64,000 nt of DNA from Glaucostegus cemiculus (taxonomy: Eukaryota). The stretch's first letter is position 1. Each line of letters starts with the position of its first letter. Positions 40,704 through 53,747 of this stretch are shown here, in pieces. A program made the translations under genes and the position numbers. A model generated the notes under the pieces. That model did not search any database and was not told where the DNA came from. It was given only the letters and a program-made list of their open reading frames with translations. Location of the stretch: the NCBI GenBank assembly GCA_976551045.1, contig CDPCPM010000033.1:5146001-5210000 (forward strand). Reading direction: 5' to 3'.

Positions 40704-40909
40704 ATATTTATATTGGACCGATCATGGTGAAAATCCACATATTGGCCGTGCAGGAATGGATGGAACTAATCAAAGCATTGTCATAAGCACTAAAATCTTA
40801 AAGCCAAGTGGTCTGTGTCTGGATTATGTGAATAACAGGCTGTATTGGGCTGATGATCAGCAAGGTTACATAGAGTTTGCTGACCTGGATGGATCCAATA
40901 GACATAGAG
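40704..40909 (+). CDS. LRP1B: Exon F (206 nt): YWTD blades
   Basis: tgctcag|A TAT TTA TAT TGG ACC GAT...CAT AGA G|gtaggt; [68 protein letters not shown]. Confidence 0.95.
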
Positions 40910-40986
40910 GTAGGTAAGGCTATTTTTTTTCCCATTTTGAGCTATCTATTTTGTTATGTAAACTTTGAGAAATGTAGAGTCATTAA

Positions 40987-41558
40987 TCATAGAGAAATAC
41001 GAGTCCAAGCCAATCACATGGTCCGCCTAGCTAGTCCCAATTTCCTGTGTTTGGCCCATATCCCTCCAGGCCACACGCCTCCATATACCTATCCAAGTGC
41101 CTCTTTAATGATGCTATAGTACCTGCCTCAACCACTTCCTCTGGCAGCTCATTCCACATACTCATCACTTTCAGCATGAAGAAGTTGCCCCTCAGGACCC
41201 TTTTAAATCTTTCCCTTCTCAGCCTAAATCTATGTCCCCTAGTTTTGGACTCCCCTACCCTGGGGAAAAGATTATTATCATACATATTATCCATGCTTCT
41301 CATTTTAAATACTTCTATGAGGTTGCCCCTCATTCTCCTATGTTCCAAGGAAAACTGACCTAGCCTGTCCAACTTCTCCCTGTAACTCAGGCCCTCTAGT
41401 CCTGGCAACATCCTCGTAAATCTTTTCTGCACTCTTTCCAGTTTAACCACATCTCTCCTGTAACATGGTGCCCAAAACTGTACACAGTACACCAAGTGTG
41501 GCCTCATCAATGATTTGTGTAACTGCAACATAATGTCCCCACTCCTATACTCAATACC
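40987..41558 (-). mobile_element. CR1 3' fragment immediately downstream of exon F
   Basis: ORF 41031-41603: GIEYRS, RPHLVYCVQFWAP, LERVQKRFTRMLPGL, WNELP. Confidence 0.9.
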
Positions 41559-44500
41559 ATGTTTTAAAAAACATAAAAAATTCCATTTTTGAAGTTTGCC
41601 CATACTAGATTCAGTTTTTTATAGGATTTTTTAAATATAAATTCCTGTTAAAGTTTAAAAAAAATATATGCCCTTTGCATTGAGTGATCTCTTATCAACC
41701 TGACATAATGACATCATCCAAAAACACAGTATAGTATCAAGAAGTATTTTGATGATTGCCAGTGCAACCTAACCATCCCCTTCCTTGATACCTCCACCAA
41801 ATCCATATCTCTAACATCCAGATTTTCTTAAAATAACTGTTGGGAAGTTGAAATCATTGTCCTCAGTCGTAATCACCAGCTCTCCGTCGGTGCTCAATTG
41901 CAAACTCCACCCAGAATGACTGATTTCTGCCTGCCTCATTTCGTGTCACCTTTAGACAGGAGCTGAACAGGAGTGAGGGACAACAGTTAAAAATGATAAG
42001 TTTGACACTCATTTCATTTTGTACTCACACCTTAACACTGAACTTAATGATTTTTAAACAGTGCGCACAAGTATTGGGGGAAAAAAAGAAAAAGCAAGAT
42101 ACTCTGAAGGGAGTAATTTATAATAATATTTATTATAAATAATTATTCATAGTATATAACAATAATAATTATAATTTAGCATTATCTGAAATGCTGATAT
42201 AGACACCATTATGAATATGCATCTTAATGGTTTGATTACAGTGGAAAAGAATCAAATATGTTTTCATTTTCAAGTGAAACTGCTGAATTTTGCATGTAAT
42301 GTTATTGCAAATCATCATAAATAACTCAGCTCTGTGGAAGAAATTAAAACATATTCAGCCATTTCAAATTTAATAGATTGCTCTTTTGATATATGTCACT
42401 CATTTAACATGTGGGAGGAAATCTGCTGGATTTTCCTTCTGCATTTTTTGATTCTTGAGGAAGATCTTCTATGAAAGTCTATCATTGGAAGATAAGCCAT
42501 GTTCGGTGATGCTCCTTGAACCTTTCATACCAATTTCTGATCTCAGAGCAGTACAAAGTAGCAGTAGTAGCAGCAGTAAGTGAGATAGAGCTGAAAAGTG
42601 TCAGACCAGAATTTAGTAATGGAAGATTTTTCATTTGCAGTTAAGTTTAATAGTTTTTTTTGCTGAATTTCAGGAAATAATATCAATAAAAAACAGATTT
42701 AGAATGAGGTCCTGTATTAAATTTTGATTCTGCCTTTTAAAAATTAATAGTTTCAAAGAAAAAGTCAGTTGAGATGACTTGCGATTTCTTTTTTGGCCTC
42801 ATTTCACAGGGAAAAGCTCATTGAGCCCTTGTTGCCCCTGTCAAGATTGGAGATTTACCAGATTGTAGATTGCAGGAGCAAACCCATTTTCTATCACTTC
42901 TGAGTGTGATGTGTTGAATAGAACGATTTACTGGGCTATATACGGTTGCCATTTAAAAATGCCATTGGTATTTTAAAATTGAATCTTCTGCTTTGTAGTG
43001 CAGATTTTAAAAATGTCCTGAAGATGTAGCATAGATTCATCATAATCTTAAAAGAAAGACTAGTTTGGTAGTTCTACTGAAGGGATATAGTCTTAAAGAT
43101 TAATTGATCATCTCTTTGAAGATGACCATGAGTGTATTGCATTTTTGCAGCATTTTAAGACTTTTGTCATTTGGAATTTGTCATTATTTATTTGTGATAA
43201 CTGACAGAACATTATCACTGTTGTAAAATATATGCACAGAAAAAATGCAGAATGCATCACATTTTGTAGGAATTCACATTTGAAAGTCATCAAAATCAGA
43301 GTAAAATATATTCTATATTGTATAGCTGTCTACCATGCTTAGTATTTATAGATTTGGGACAGGTAGGTATTTACAAGGAATCAAACTGTCAGATTTGAAG
43401 AAGTGCTCAGGGCTTGCTTTCTTGATATTGCAAGGTGGAATTAAAATTTATCCGAGGTTAATGATTGATTGTTGCAAGGTGTCACATTGAAAATAAGATG
43501 GCTATGTGAATTTTGTATCCTCATCAAGGGGATTTTCAAGATGCAGACCAGAGGTTCTTAAAGTGATAGAAGGATTTAGATTTTTAACTGCATGGCCAAA
43601 TTTTTGTCAGTTATCAGCAATTACATGACTTCCAGTGCATCATAGGCTTAACATTTGATATTTTTGTTAATTTCTTTTATTAATCAGAAGTCATATATAA
43701 AAGGATAGTAACATTAGGTTAGTAATGATAATATAAGCTTATTCAAATGAAGTCCAGAGAGTGAAGGAAAGTCAATGCAAAATAATTCTCACTCAATTTC
43801 CTCAGTTGTCATTAATGGAGTGAAATACACACAGCAGTTTTTGCTTAGATCCCCTGATAAATTAATGGTAAATGCAACTTTTGTGTGTGGCATTGAACCC
43901 TACTTAATGGAAGACCTCCAGCCACTGTTTCAAATCTTTGCTGAGTTAGATGAATTCAGTCAGACTGTTTTAACAGGTCTCTACGTCCTTCTGCAAATAA
44001 ACGGGAGTTCTGCCAGATTGTGCTGATATTTCCTGTTGATGTACGTCTGTATGAGAATTGAGTGTGGATGGAATTGGGTTTGGCCCTGATGGTTAATGGT
44101 TTCTTTTGAATTAGAATTTCCATTTGGTTAAGTGACTGTCAGTATTTGTGCAAGTGCATCCAAGTAAAACAGTGTTCTCAAAAGAGAGGGAAACATGGAC
44201 AAATTTGATTTCCATCGAGTGCACTCTATGTTAAGCCTGACCCTTTTGTTTTGTTGTAAATTGAGAGTTTTAGCAGATATAATAGGATTTCAGTTCAAAG
44301 TATATGATTTTTAAATGATTTTGTTATTTCATTTTGAAGAATCCCAAAATCACCTCTTGCCATCACCTGTTGGACCAAATAAAACCTCAAGCAACAAGAG
44401 TTTATGCTCTGTTCAACATACTTGAAGTAATTAAGGGAAGCCGTGGGAAGCCTGCATGTTGCCATAGCAGTTATTCATAAGGAATTGTATATAAACTGAC

Positions 44501-44581
44501 TCTGATGGCTTTTACAATATGGAATGTTGTATCTGGTGATCTCCCAATGTAGTACATTAATATAACCATATCCTATTGCAG

Positions 44582-44770
44582 TTCATAATCAAGATATCCC
44601 ACATGTATTAGCATTGACATTATTTGAAGACTACATCTACTGGACAGATTGGAAAACTAAGTCGGTCAGCCGTGCTCACAAAACCACAGGCTTGAACAAG
44701 ATTCCACTAATCAGCTCTTGGCATCAGATAATGGATATCCATGTGTATCATCCTCACAGACAACCAGATG
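44582..44770 (+). CDS. LRP1B: Exon G (189 nt): last YWTD blade
   Basis: attgcag|TT CAT AAT...CCA GAT G|gtaatt; [63 protein letters not shown]. Missed by the ORF track. Confidence 0.94.
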
Positions 44771-45683
44771 GTAATTGCTTGTGATATGCTATATGTTTTC
44801 AAGTTGCTGTTTAAGTCATTCATTTCATTGAACAGTTTGTATAATTATGATTAGGAAATCATTTTAATTAGAAACAAAATTGCAAGCAGGCAATATTATC
44901 ACTGAGGAAAAAAAGATGAGTATGATGTTGTAATATTTCAAAACTGTATATTTTGAACTATAAGCATGCAACAAACTCAGCAGGTTGACCCCACAAAGTG
45001 CCTCCAGTCAACTAATCATAATTTAATTAACCTGCAGGGATTACATCACATGTAATTGTCCCAATCCCAGTGAATGAACAGGATCTTTGTGGAGTGCCAT
45101 GGCATGACATTATCCAGGTTTAGAATCAAGTACTTTATTTTTACTGACTCCTCTTGAAGTTTAGAACAATGCCTTGAGAGTTCACATTTAATAAACTGTG
45201 TGATGTGTGCACTTGGCATTCGCCTACGCTTGACAATAGCAACCTTTATCCAATGACTCACTTGCTCTTGCTATTTCAGGATTTCAAAAGATGTTTGACA
45301 TTCACTTACAAAACACAGACAAAATTGTAAGCTTTGAAAGAGTCATGAGTTGTAGATCTTGAGCAATCCTGTCCTTATAAATTGCTGTTTCTAGCTGTCA
45401 TTTGAAAGTTATTATGTTCCAAAATGTACAGTATAAAAAACTCTGGTATTTATAAGAAATTCCACATAAAGAGAATATTTTATAGTTTTGAATGCGATTA
45501 GAGAAAGTAAAGTATGAAATATAGGAGAAAATCTGTAGGCAAAGGTAAAAAATAGTAAGAGTAATGGGATGAGACTACATTTACTTTAATGTGGAAGGCA
45601 AAACCTTTTGTGTCAACTCCAGTCAAGCATAGGGGTTAAACTCTGAGATTTATAAAAGCTTTAACTAGTGTTACTTTTCCTAA

Positions 45684-46152
45684 TCATAGATTTGTGGAGT
45701 TATATAGCACAGAAGCAGGCCCTTTGGCCCAGCTTGTCCATGCTGACCAAATGCTCATCTAGGCTAATCCCATTTGCCTGTACTTGGCCTGTATCCATCT
45801 AAACTTTTCCTAGCCACATAGCTGGCCAAATGTTTTTAGTAAATGTTTCAATTTTACCTGCCTCTCGCACCTTCTCTGGCAGCTCGTTTCATACACCCAT
45901 CACCTCTGTGTGAAAAATTTGCCCCTCAGATCCCCTTCAGATCTTTCCCTTTCACCTTAAACCTAAGCCCTCAAGTTCAAGACTCCTCTAACTTGGGGGA
46001 AAAAAAATGGTGACTATCTACCCTCATGATTTTATCATCCTCTGTAAGGTCACCCTTCAGCCTCCTTCACTCCAGGGGAAACAGTCCCAGCCTATCCAAT
46101 CATAACTGAAGGCCTCCAGTCCAGGCAATATACTTGTGGATCTTTTCTGCAA
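45684..46152 (-). mobile_element. CR1 3' fragment ending about 105 nt upstream of exon H
   Basis: agcacagaagcaggccctttggccc...ggcagctcgtttcatacacccatcacctctgtgtgaaaaa...ccaggcaatatacttgtggatcttttctgc. Confidence 0.85.
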
Positions 46153-46257
46153 CCTAATCATTTTGCTTTTGCATCTTTTCAACAATGCATGGAGATTTAT
46201 GGCACTGCAGATTATTTTTTTTTTGTCTCACACCATGCCTGTTATCTTCTGTTTCAG

Positions 46258-46406
46258 TTCCTGGTCATCCATGCAAAATATCCAATGGTGGTTGCAGCAA
46301 CCTTTGTCTGCTATCTCCAGGAGGAGGATACAAATGTGCCTGTCCCACAAATTTCTATCTGGCTGCTGATGGCAAGACTTGCCTTTCCAATTGCACCGCA
46401 AGCCAG
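46258..46406 (+). CDS. LRP1B: Exon H (149 nt): EGF repeat after the propeller
   Basis: gtttcag|TT CCT GGT...AGC CAG|gtattg; [50 protein letters not shown]. Confidence 0.95.
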
Positions 46407-48103
46407 GTATTGAATGAATGTGATAGGCTCAGTCTATAAACACAAGCATATATATACATTAAACTCACTGAGCAAATATTTTGCCTCCTTGTGACAACCT
46501 TGTTAGCCACTTTAAAAATCCTGTGCCTGGAGACTACACAGCAATATAATCAATCAGGTATTGCTGCCTGTCTGACTGAACAAACCTAAATGTCTTTTTT
46601 CAGTTAAAAATGTATTTTGGAAAGGTTGACTTCAATTGCAGGATATCTGTTGCAGTATTAACAAATGATAATCAACTTCTTAGTACTTCACACATTACTC
46701 TTTGAAATTGATAGGAATTTTCAGGATTTCTGTGCATATTATTGCTTAGCACACTTTCTGGTATTGAAATGCTATTCTTTATGGGTGTGAATTGTAATTA
46801 CCTCACAGAAACATCTCGAAATCTAATGGATTTTAAATCAAAGTAAAATACTTTAAGTAAATTGTATTCCAGGGGTACGGTGGCAAAGTGATGGGGCCAG
46901 ATTATGTTCGATCTGGCCTGCTATCTGTACTCAACCTTTACTTGTTTCCCATGACCATATTTATTTCCACAGCTCCATGGGATTGATCAACCTCACAGTC
47001 TTGATTCTATAGCCATACACAATGAACTGTGAACATAGACTAAGCCTGAGGTAACAGATACCGAGGGGCCCTGACAGCTTGCCACCATCAAAGGCTTTTT
47101 TAAAAGTTTTTCAAAGTCTCTGAATGTTATTTAGGAAAATAACTCAAAATACTTTATTAGCAATTAAAACATAACATGAAATAAACAGAAAATAAACAAA
47201 CTTCTTACTTGCACTTAACTTTTTTTAATCAAGGCTGGCAGCCACAACTAAATTTCTGCAGCTTAATATTGCATGGAATGGATAACAATGTGGGGTTTAA
47301 CTGGGATCACAGGCAGATGTTTCCTGCTGCTGCTCATCTCAGTTACCAAGCCCAGTACTTATAAAGCACTTAAAATGGGAACTGAGTATGTAATTGGAAA
47401 AAGAGAAGCAGAAACCAGTTCTATCTAGGGGTTTCATAATCAGATCAGGGAGTTCCAGTGAGTGAACAATTCCTACAATTCATTAACTATAAAGATTAAA
47501 AGCTTACCGTGATCATCTAAGATTGTTTATGAATGTAAGGAGGAACATGTATACTGGAAAATAATAATTACATTCTAATAGATCACAAAATCCATATGAA
47601 GAAAGAAAATATCAATGAATGTTCTCTCTTCTGATTGCCATCCTGTGTTCCTTTTGTGAATTTGAGCTGAAAACAGGACAAGCTTGGCTGTGATACTCTC
47701 CACTGTTAATTAGCCTTCCTACACTTGCTATCCAACTTCAGAGATGAGGATTATCCTCCAGCTGCCTGTAGGCAACCAACATACTCAAAGCCATGAGCAA
47801 CATGATCGACTATCTACAGACCCAGCAGAGAAGAATAAGAGAGGCAAAATACATAAAAGCTATTTGAATTTACTCTCCCCAAATACTCTGCACTTTGCCA
47901 AGAAAGACCTTATGCTGAGCAACAGTAACAGAGACCACAACTTTTAGCATGTTTTCACCAGGCTGGTCATTTTCTATGAGAATAGATATTCATGAGCAAA
48001 GAATATTTTTATTAATGGCTCATTATATATCTTTGCAATGTAAGCTGTATGTATTTTATAAATGGTCTAATTATACAATGTTTTCATTATACTATCTCAA
48101 TAG

Positions 48104-48197
48104 TTTGTCTGTAGCAATGATAAATGTATTCCATTCTGGTGGAAATGTGATACAGAAGATGACTGTGGCGATGGATCAGATGAGCCTGAAGATTGTC
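48104..48197 (+). CDS. LRP1B: Exon I (94 nt): first LDLa repeat of cluster IV
   Basis: caatag|TTT GTC TGT...GAT TGT C|gtgagt; [31 protein letters not shown]. Confidence 0.95.
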
Positions 48198-48411
48198 GTG
48201 AGTATTTTTAATCATTTTGTTGACAAATATTTTTTAACTTATAATCTTTTCCACTGTTCAAAGTATCTATCAAAAGGTATATTTGCTAAAAGGGCATCTT
48301 CCTGGAAAGATATTGCACTTTCTTGCTGCTTACATGTGATTACTACTGCCTACCATGCAAAAAAATCAATACTTTAGCATGTTCATTCATAAAACTGACT
48401 GCAGCATTTAG

Positions 48412-48728
48412 AGTCATAGAGCGTGGAAGCGGGCCCAGCGGGTCTGCACCAATTATCAACCACTTATTTACACAAATCCTCTATTAATCCCATTTTTATT
48501 CTGCCCATATTCTCCTCAGCTACCTCCATCCCCTTAAAATTCTCCCACTTACCTACGTACTAGATGCAATTTACAATGGGCAATTATCTTTGAGATGTGG
48601 GAGGAAACCGGAGCACCCAGAAGAAACACATGCAGTCACGAGGAGCACATGCAAGCTCCACACAGGTGTAAGGTCTGGATTGAACCCAGGCACTGTGAGG
48701 CAGTGCCTCAACTGGCAGTGCCACTGTG
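48412..48728 (-). mobile_element. Older HE1-like SINE in the intron between exons I and J
   Basis: gatgtgggaggaaaccggagcacccag...gattgaacccagg is the reverse complement of the V-SINE core and B box. Confidence 0.75.
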
Positions 48729-48932
48729 TCAGTCAATAAATAAGAACATATTATTCCTTTTATGAACCACCTGCGACACTGTAGTAGTAGTTAGGTGGAT
48801 GAAATAAATTGGTTACAATTCCTTATTGTTTATGCTGTGTTCTTCTTAATTATCAGAGTAATTATTCTGTTTGTGTCACTGATTGACCATAATTCCTCCT
48901 TTCTGTAAGTTATGCTTCTTTGAACTTCACAG

Positions 48933-49049
48933 CTGAATTTAAATGCAGGCCAGGTCAATTTCAATGTGGTACTGGAATATGCACTAAACCTGCCTTCATC
49001 TGTGATGGCGAGAATGACTGTGGGGACAATTCAGATGAAGCAAATTGTG
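48933..49049 (+). CDS. LRP1B: Exon J (117 nt): LDLa repeat
   Basis: ttcacag|CT GAA TTT...AAT TGT G|gtcagt; [39 protein letters not shown]. Confidence 0.95.
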
Positions 49050-49159
49050 GTCAGTACTGCATCTGAATTACTCAGCTAAGCATTCAAGATATTTATATGT
49101 TATTTGCATGATATTGATTATAAATACTGAGCATATTAAGTTTATTCTTAATTCTTTAG

Positions 49160-49279
49160 AGACGCATGTTTGCCTTCCAAGCCAGTTTAAGTGCTCACAG
49201 AAGAGGCGATGCATTCCCGTCATCTTCAAATGTAATGGTCAAGATAACTGTGGGGATGGAGAGGATGAAAGCGATTGCC
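49160..49279 (+). CDS. LRP1B: Exon K (120 nt): LDLa repeat
   Basis: ctttag|AG ACG CAT...GAT TGC C|gtgagt after a 110-nt intron; [40 protein letters not shown]. Confidence 0.95.
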
Positions 49280-49334
49280 GTGAGTTTTAAAATTCAGTAT
49301 TTGAGTATAATGACCCATCCACATAAATAAATAC

Positions 49335-50810
49335 TAGTGAAGCAGTTTGCTGGAGGAACTCAGAGGGTCAAGCTGCATCTGTTGGGGGTAAAGGAATTGT
49401 CTATGTTTTGGGTCCAAACCCTGCGTGAGGACAAAGAATGGAGAGGGAATATGCCCAGAGTATAAAGAGAAAAGGGGGAGTGGTGAAATGGGGCCAGAAG
49501 TGACTGGTGGGCTGAGGAGGGGTGAAGAATGATGGGCATATTGAGCAAGGTAGGGAAGGGAGCGCGGTGGAGGTTGTGAGACAGAGGCAGGTGGTTGATG
49601 GATGGAAGCTGATAAAATCAAGGTGAAAGATGGACCCAGGAGGGAGAAGTGGAGGGTGAAGGTGGAGAGAGCTGCTGGAGGGTGATGACACAGTAACACA
49701 GCGGCTTCCAGTGCTGTAATCTGATACATCAAGGAAGGTGATAATAGGATCTATTTGGGGAGAGGCAAAAGGCAGATGGAACCAGGACCAGAATGGGGGA
49801 AGGGAGGGTAGGAGGTGAAGAGCTGGTGGCTGAAATGTATGGGCAGTATCTGGACGGAACCAGAAGGGGGAGGAAAATGGGTGATGGTGGGCTGGAGGGG
49901 TGTGTGGGAAAGGGGACAAACATGGAAGGACCAGAGGAAAATCAGAAGGAGAGAAAGAGAAAGGGAAGAGGAAAACCAGAGGTGTGGCTTACCTGAAATT
50001 GGAAAACTTAATGTTTATACCATTGGGTTGTAGACTACCCAGATGGAATATGAGATGCTGTTCCTCTGGTTTTCTTTGGGCCATGCCCTGGCAGTGGAGA
50101 AGGCTGAGGATGTTCAGGTCAATGTGGGAATGGAAGTGGATTTGAAATGGCATGCAACCGGGAGCTCGGGATGTCCATTGCGGACAGAGTGCAATGAGTG
50201 ATGGGAGCAGTTAGAGAGTGAGAACGTACACAAAAGAACCTAGAGAAGAGAATATAGGAGTTGTGAAATGCAGAGCGGGAGGACAGGCCCAGCAGGTCAG
50301 GCTGGGCATGTCCTCCACTCTCAAAGAGAAAAAAAGGATCAAAAAACAGAGCTAATATCATAGATGGATGACTGATACAGACCGAGAAATCAAGTTATCT
50401 GAAATTGTAGGGCTTTAACATTGAATCCAGAAGGTTGCAATATGACCGGATGGAAGTTGAGGTGCTATTCCTGAAACTTGTTCTGTTCTGGAGGAGAGGG
50501 AGTGAGAATAGAAGTGCAGGAAATGCGTAAGATGAGCTGCCGGTCTGTCCTACTCTGCAATTCGCATCTCCTACATCCTTTTGTCTATGTTCTCATCTTC
50601 TAACTGCTCCCATTCAGTCACTGACCAGATAATCTTGTTTACACTTATTGCCATAGTCATCCTGCTTTCACCCTATCAGAGACATCCCCCTCCCCCACTT
50701 TCCCTGCAGCTTTGCAAGCTTCTTTTGTCTCCTTTTCAGTTCTGGCGAAGGTTCTCCGACATGAAACTTGATGTGGTCTGAGCTGCTGAGCTTTTCCAGC
50801 ATTTTGTATT
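49335..50810 (-). mobile_element. Penelope-like element remnants (GIY-YIG C-terminus plus terminal repeats)
   Basis: Minus strand 50176-49989: HPELPVACHF / HSHIDLNILSLLHCQGMAQRKPEEQHLIFHLGSLQPNGINIKFSNFR*; second degenerate copy near 50394-50480; terminal repeat at 49340-49435 and an oppositely oriented one at 50735-50810. Confidence 0.75.
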
Positions 50811-51877
50811 TGTAATGATTTCTAATCCTTTGAATCCAATGGATCCTACAATGAATTTTAATGATGCTCAATGCTCTTATCCACCCGTAGAATATCTAAG
50901 AGCTTGCCTTATTTAGTATAAATCTTTCTTTGAAAGTGAGTCTAATGATTTAAGGGACAACATTTTATTCATCTGAAGTTTTATTCATCTACCTATGAAG
51001 TGTTTAACACTGAATATCTAGATCAAATTTTAAAGTAGTTTAATTAATTCTATTATGCTGGGATTTAATTGATTTTTATATAGTAGTTGATAAATTTTAC
51101 AGTTTTTGGAAGTTCTAAGGTTGGGGAGTTGATATATGGTACACCTGTAGCTGTGTAGTAGAAATTACTACATTTTACTGTAAAATATGCACCTATCTAT
51201 ATTTGCTGGTATAACAATGCAAATTATACATTTTTCATTTTATTGTTTTCCTGGTTCTTTTAATGAGTAGTGATTTTTACAACCTGACTTTAGAACATTT
51301 ATGTCTGTTGCAAAACACTTAGCAATGCATGTTTTGGAAAATCTGAAGAATAAGGTTTCTTCAGTTCAATAAATGCATTATTATGATCCAATTCAATCAT
51401 TCAAAACTCTCTGTTCAAGCCTTATGCCAGCATTTTAACTCTGCTTCCCAAATATTCCTCACATCCAGCATTAAAGATAAATGCCAATCCTTTTTTTTTC
51501 AGTCGTGAGCATTACATGGTAAGTGCTGAAGAAGTCATTTACAGTTGAAGTTGATTAAGAATTGGTTTTAATTACATGATCAAATATAGGCTATTGCCTT
51601 GTATATTAGTTATTGAGCTTATTCTGAAGTAACTATTCAGAGCTGCAATTTGACTACAGATCCTATGACTATTTGTAAATTTACAGTGGTGGGTAGTTTT
51701 AATTTAAATTTAATGTTTTTCAGCCAGAATAAGAACTTTAATAAATCAAGGTATGTCCAGGACTGTGTTCTGGATTGACTATCTGTGCTCGGGATTGAAT
51801 GCATCAGCTGGAAAGTTTTGCCTACACTTCATTTTTCTCATAATGTTTTGACAAAAATTTTTTAACTTTGCCCCTAG

Positions 51878-51997
51878 CTGAAGTTACATGTTCTCCAAAC
51901 CAGTTCCAGTGTGCTGTAACCAAGCGATGCATTCCTGAAGAATGGGTCTGTGACAAGGATCATGACTGTGCAGATGGCTCTGATGAATCCAATTGTA
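51878..51997 (+). CDS. LRP1B: Exon L (120 nt): LDLa repeat
   Basis: cccctag|CT GAA GTT...AAT TGT A|gtaagt; [40 protein letters not shown]. Confidence 0.95.
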
Positions 51998-53455
51998 GTA
52001 AGTTATTTATGAATTCATTCAAATGCAAATGGGGATCTCATTATGGTTTCTGATTAAGGTCGTATTGCTGAATTTGATGGTGAGCAAGAGCCCCAGTTAA
52101 TTTGTAACAAATTTGAAGATAACATAAATATTGACTAATATATTAATAATGGTGTTCAGGAGAGAACATATCTTCTGCTACAAATATTTTTTGAAACTAC
52201 AATGAAGAAAGTTAGGCCTTTCTTCCAAAACTTACAAGAAGGTAGGTTCCATAAACTGATCAAATTCCCTCTAAAGTTATGAGTAGTGGAAATCATTACA
52301 GCCTTAAGTATGACAGAATTTTTCTCATAATTAATTCCTGTGAGCAATTCAGAAGTAAGCAGTTAGACATTTTTATGGTTGTTGAAGTTGAATTTAACAG
52401 TATTAACGTGCTTGAGGCAGACATATAGCAGTAACAACATTAAGAATTCACCCAGTGTTTTCAACGATTGATGCCTGGACTTGTCTATTCATTTTGTGAA
52501 CAAACGTAGTATGTTTTCACTTAAGTCCCTGGAACATTATGTAAAATGACTAAGACTATTCACCTCTTCCCCAAGCTGTATAACATGATGTCCTTTCCAT
52601 TCCCGCCCCTCTCCCTGGACTGAGCAGAAAAATGGCTTCTGTCATCATCCAGCTCTCGAGTGGAACAACATCAGAAGTCCTTTGCCCAACACCCGCTCTC
52701 AGAGAGGGAAGCATGGGACTGATGAAGCATAGTAGATAACACCATCTCCCAAATGAAAAGCTTAAAAGGCATAATAGAGGTTAATTCAGGTCCTTTGGCA
52801 ATTTAGCATACACACTTTAAAAATAATCCTCTGCAGCATTTTTTCCTGTACAATTGTCATTAATCTTCAGTAGAAGGCTTCTATAGCTCTTGGTCATGAC
52901 TGTTATATTATATTTCTACTGCTGCAAATTTTATAAAATGATAAAAGCAAATAGAATTTCAATCATTGTGTAGGATATTTATAAATATGTTGTGTATTTT
53001 AAATCATATATTTACAAATGTAATGGTTGCCTACTGCTATTGAAGTTTGGGAAGTACTTATGCTCAATAGTTTTAACTACTAACAAAGTCCATTTCAGAT
53101 TATATACATATTTGCAAATAAGATATGAGGAGTCCAAGCAAAGTGTATGTATGTGTATATATATATATTTTTTTACATGTTTCCTCATAGACAGTTTACC
53201 TAGGACTTTCTATAAAAAATATTGATATAATCCAGAGAGTAATTTCATGACACAATTCTTAAATGAATGACAACCTTTACATAACAACTATTGTTTCACA
53301 ATCAATATTAGCTATATTATAATTCTGGTTGCATTATTCTTACTGTTATTGACTCTGGTAATACGACCAGCTCAGTGATGCAAAGCATACAACCTTTTCA
53401 GCATTTCTCAGACATAGTGGCGAGTGCAAGGGTAGGCAGGAAATCCTCCTTTAAT

Positions 53456-53740
53456 AAAACAGAAAATCTTACAAATACACAGCAAGTCAGGCAGCATCTG
53501 TGGAGAGTGAAAGAGAGATAATATTTCAGGCCATTTAACCTTGAGGAAGTCCTACTGTCAGATTCAGCTTTTCTGCAAATATGGGTGACAACATTTTAAT
53601 GCTCCAGTCTAACTAAAGAAAAACAAAAAGTATTAAACAAACTGCTGGAGGGACAAGCAGTCACGCAGCATCTGTGGGGGGGGAAGAAATTGTCAATGTT
53701 TCACGTCGAAACCCTGCATCAAGACTAAGAGAGCGGAGGG
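53456..53740. mobile_element. Two Penelope-type terminal-repeat fragments
   Basis: aaaacagaaaat...cagcaagtcaggcagcatctgtggagag and actgctggagg...gcagcatctgtgggg...gtttcacgtcgaaaccctgcatcaagac, similar to 49340-49435. Confidence 0.55.
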
Positions 53741-53747
53741 GAGAGCA

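Noticed and set aside
42115-42180. AT-rich (taa)-like tract; also CA-rich 33760-33820 and TA-rich 53143-53168
   Set aside because: Ordinary low-complexity or microsatellite sequence.
49401-49996. Pro/Ser-rich 172-aa ORF and purine-rich overlapping ORFs
   Set aside because: Low-complexity purine/pyrimidine-skewed UTR of the Penelope remnant, not coding.
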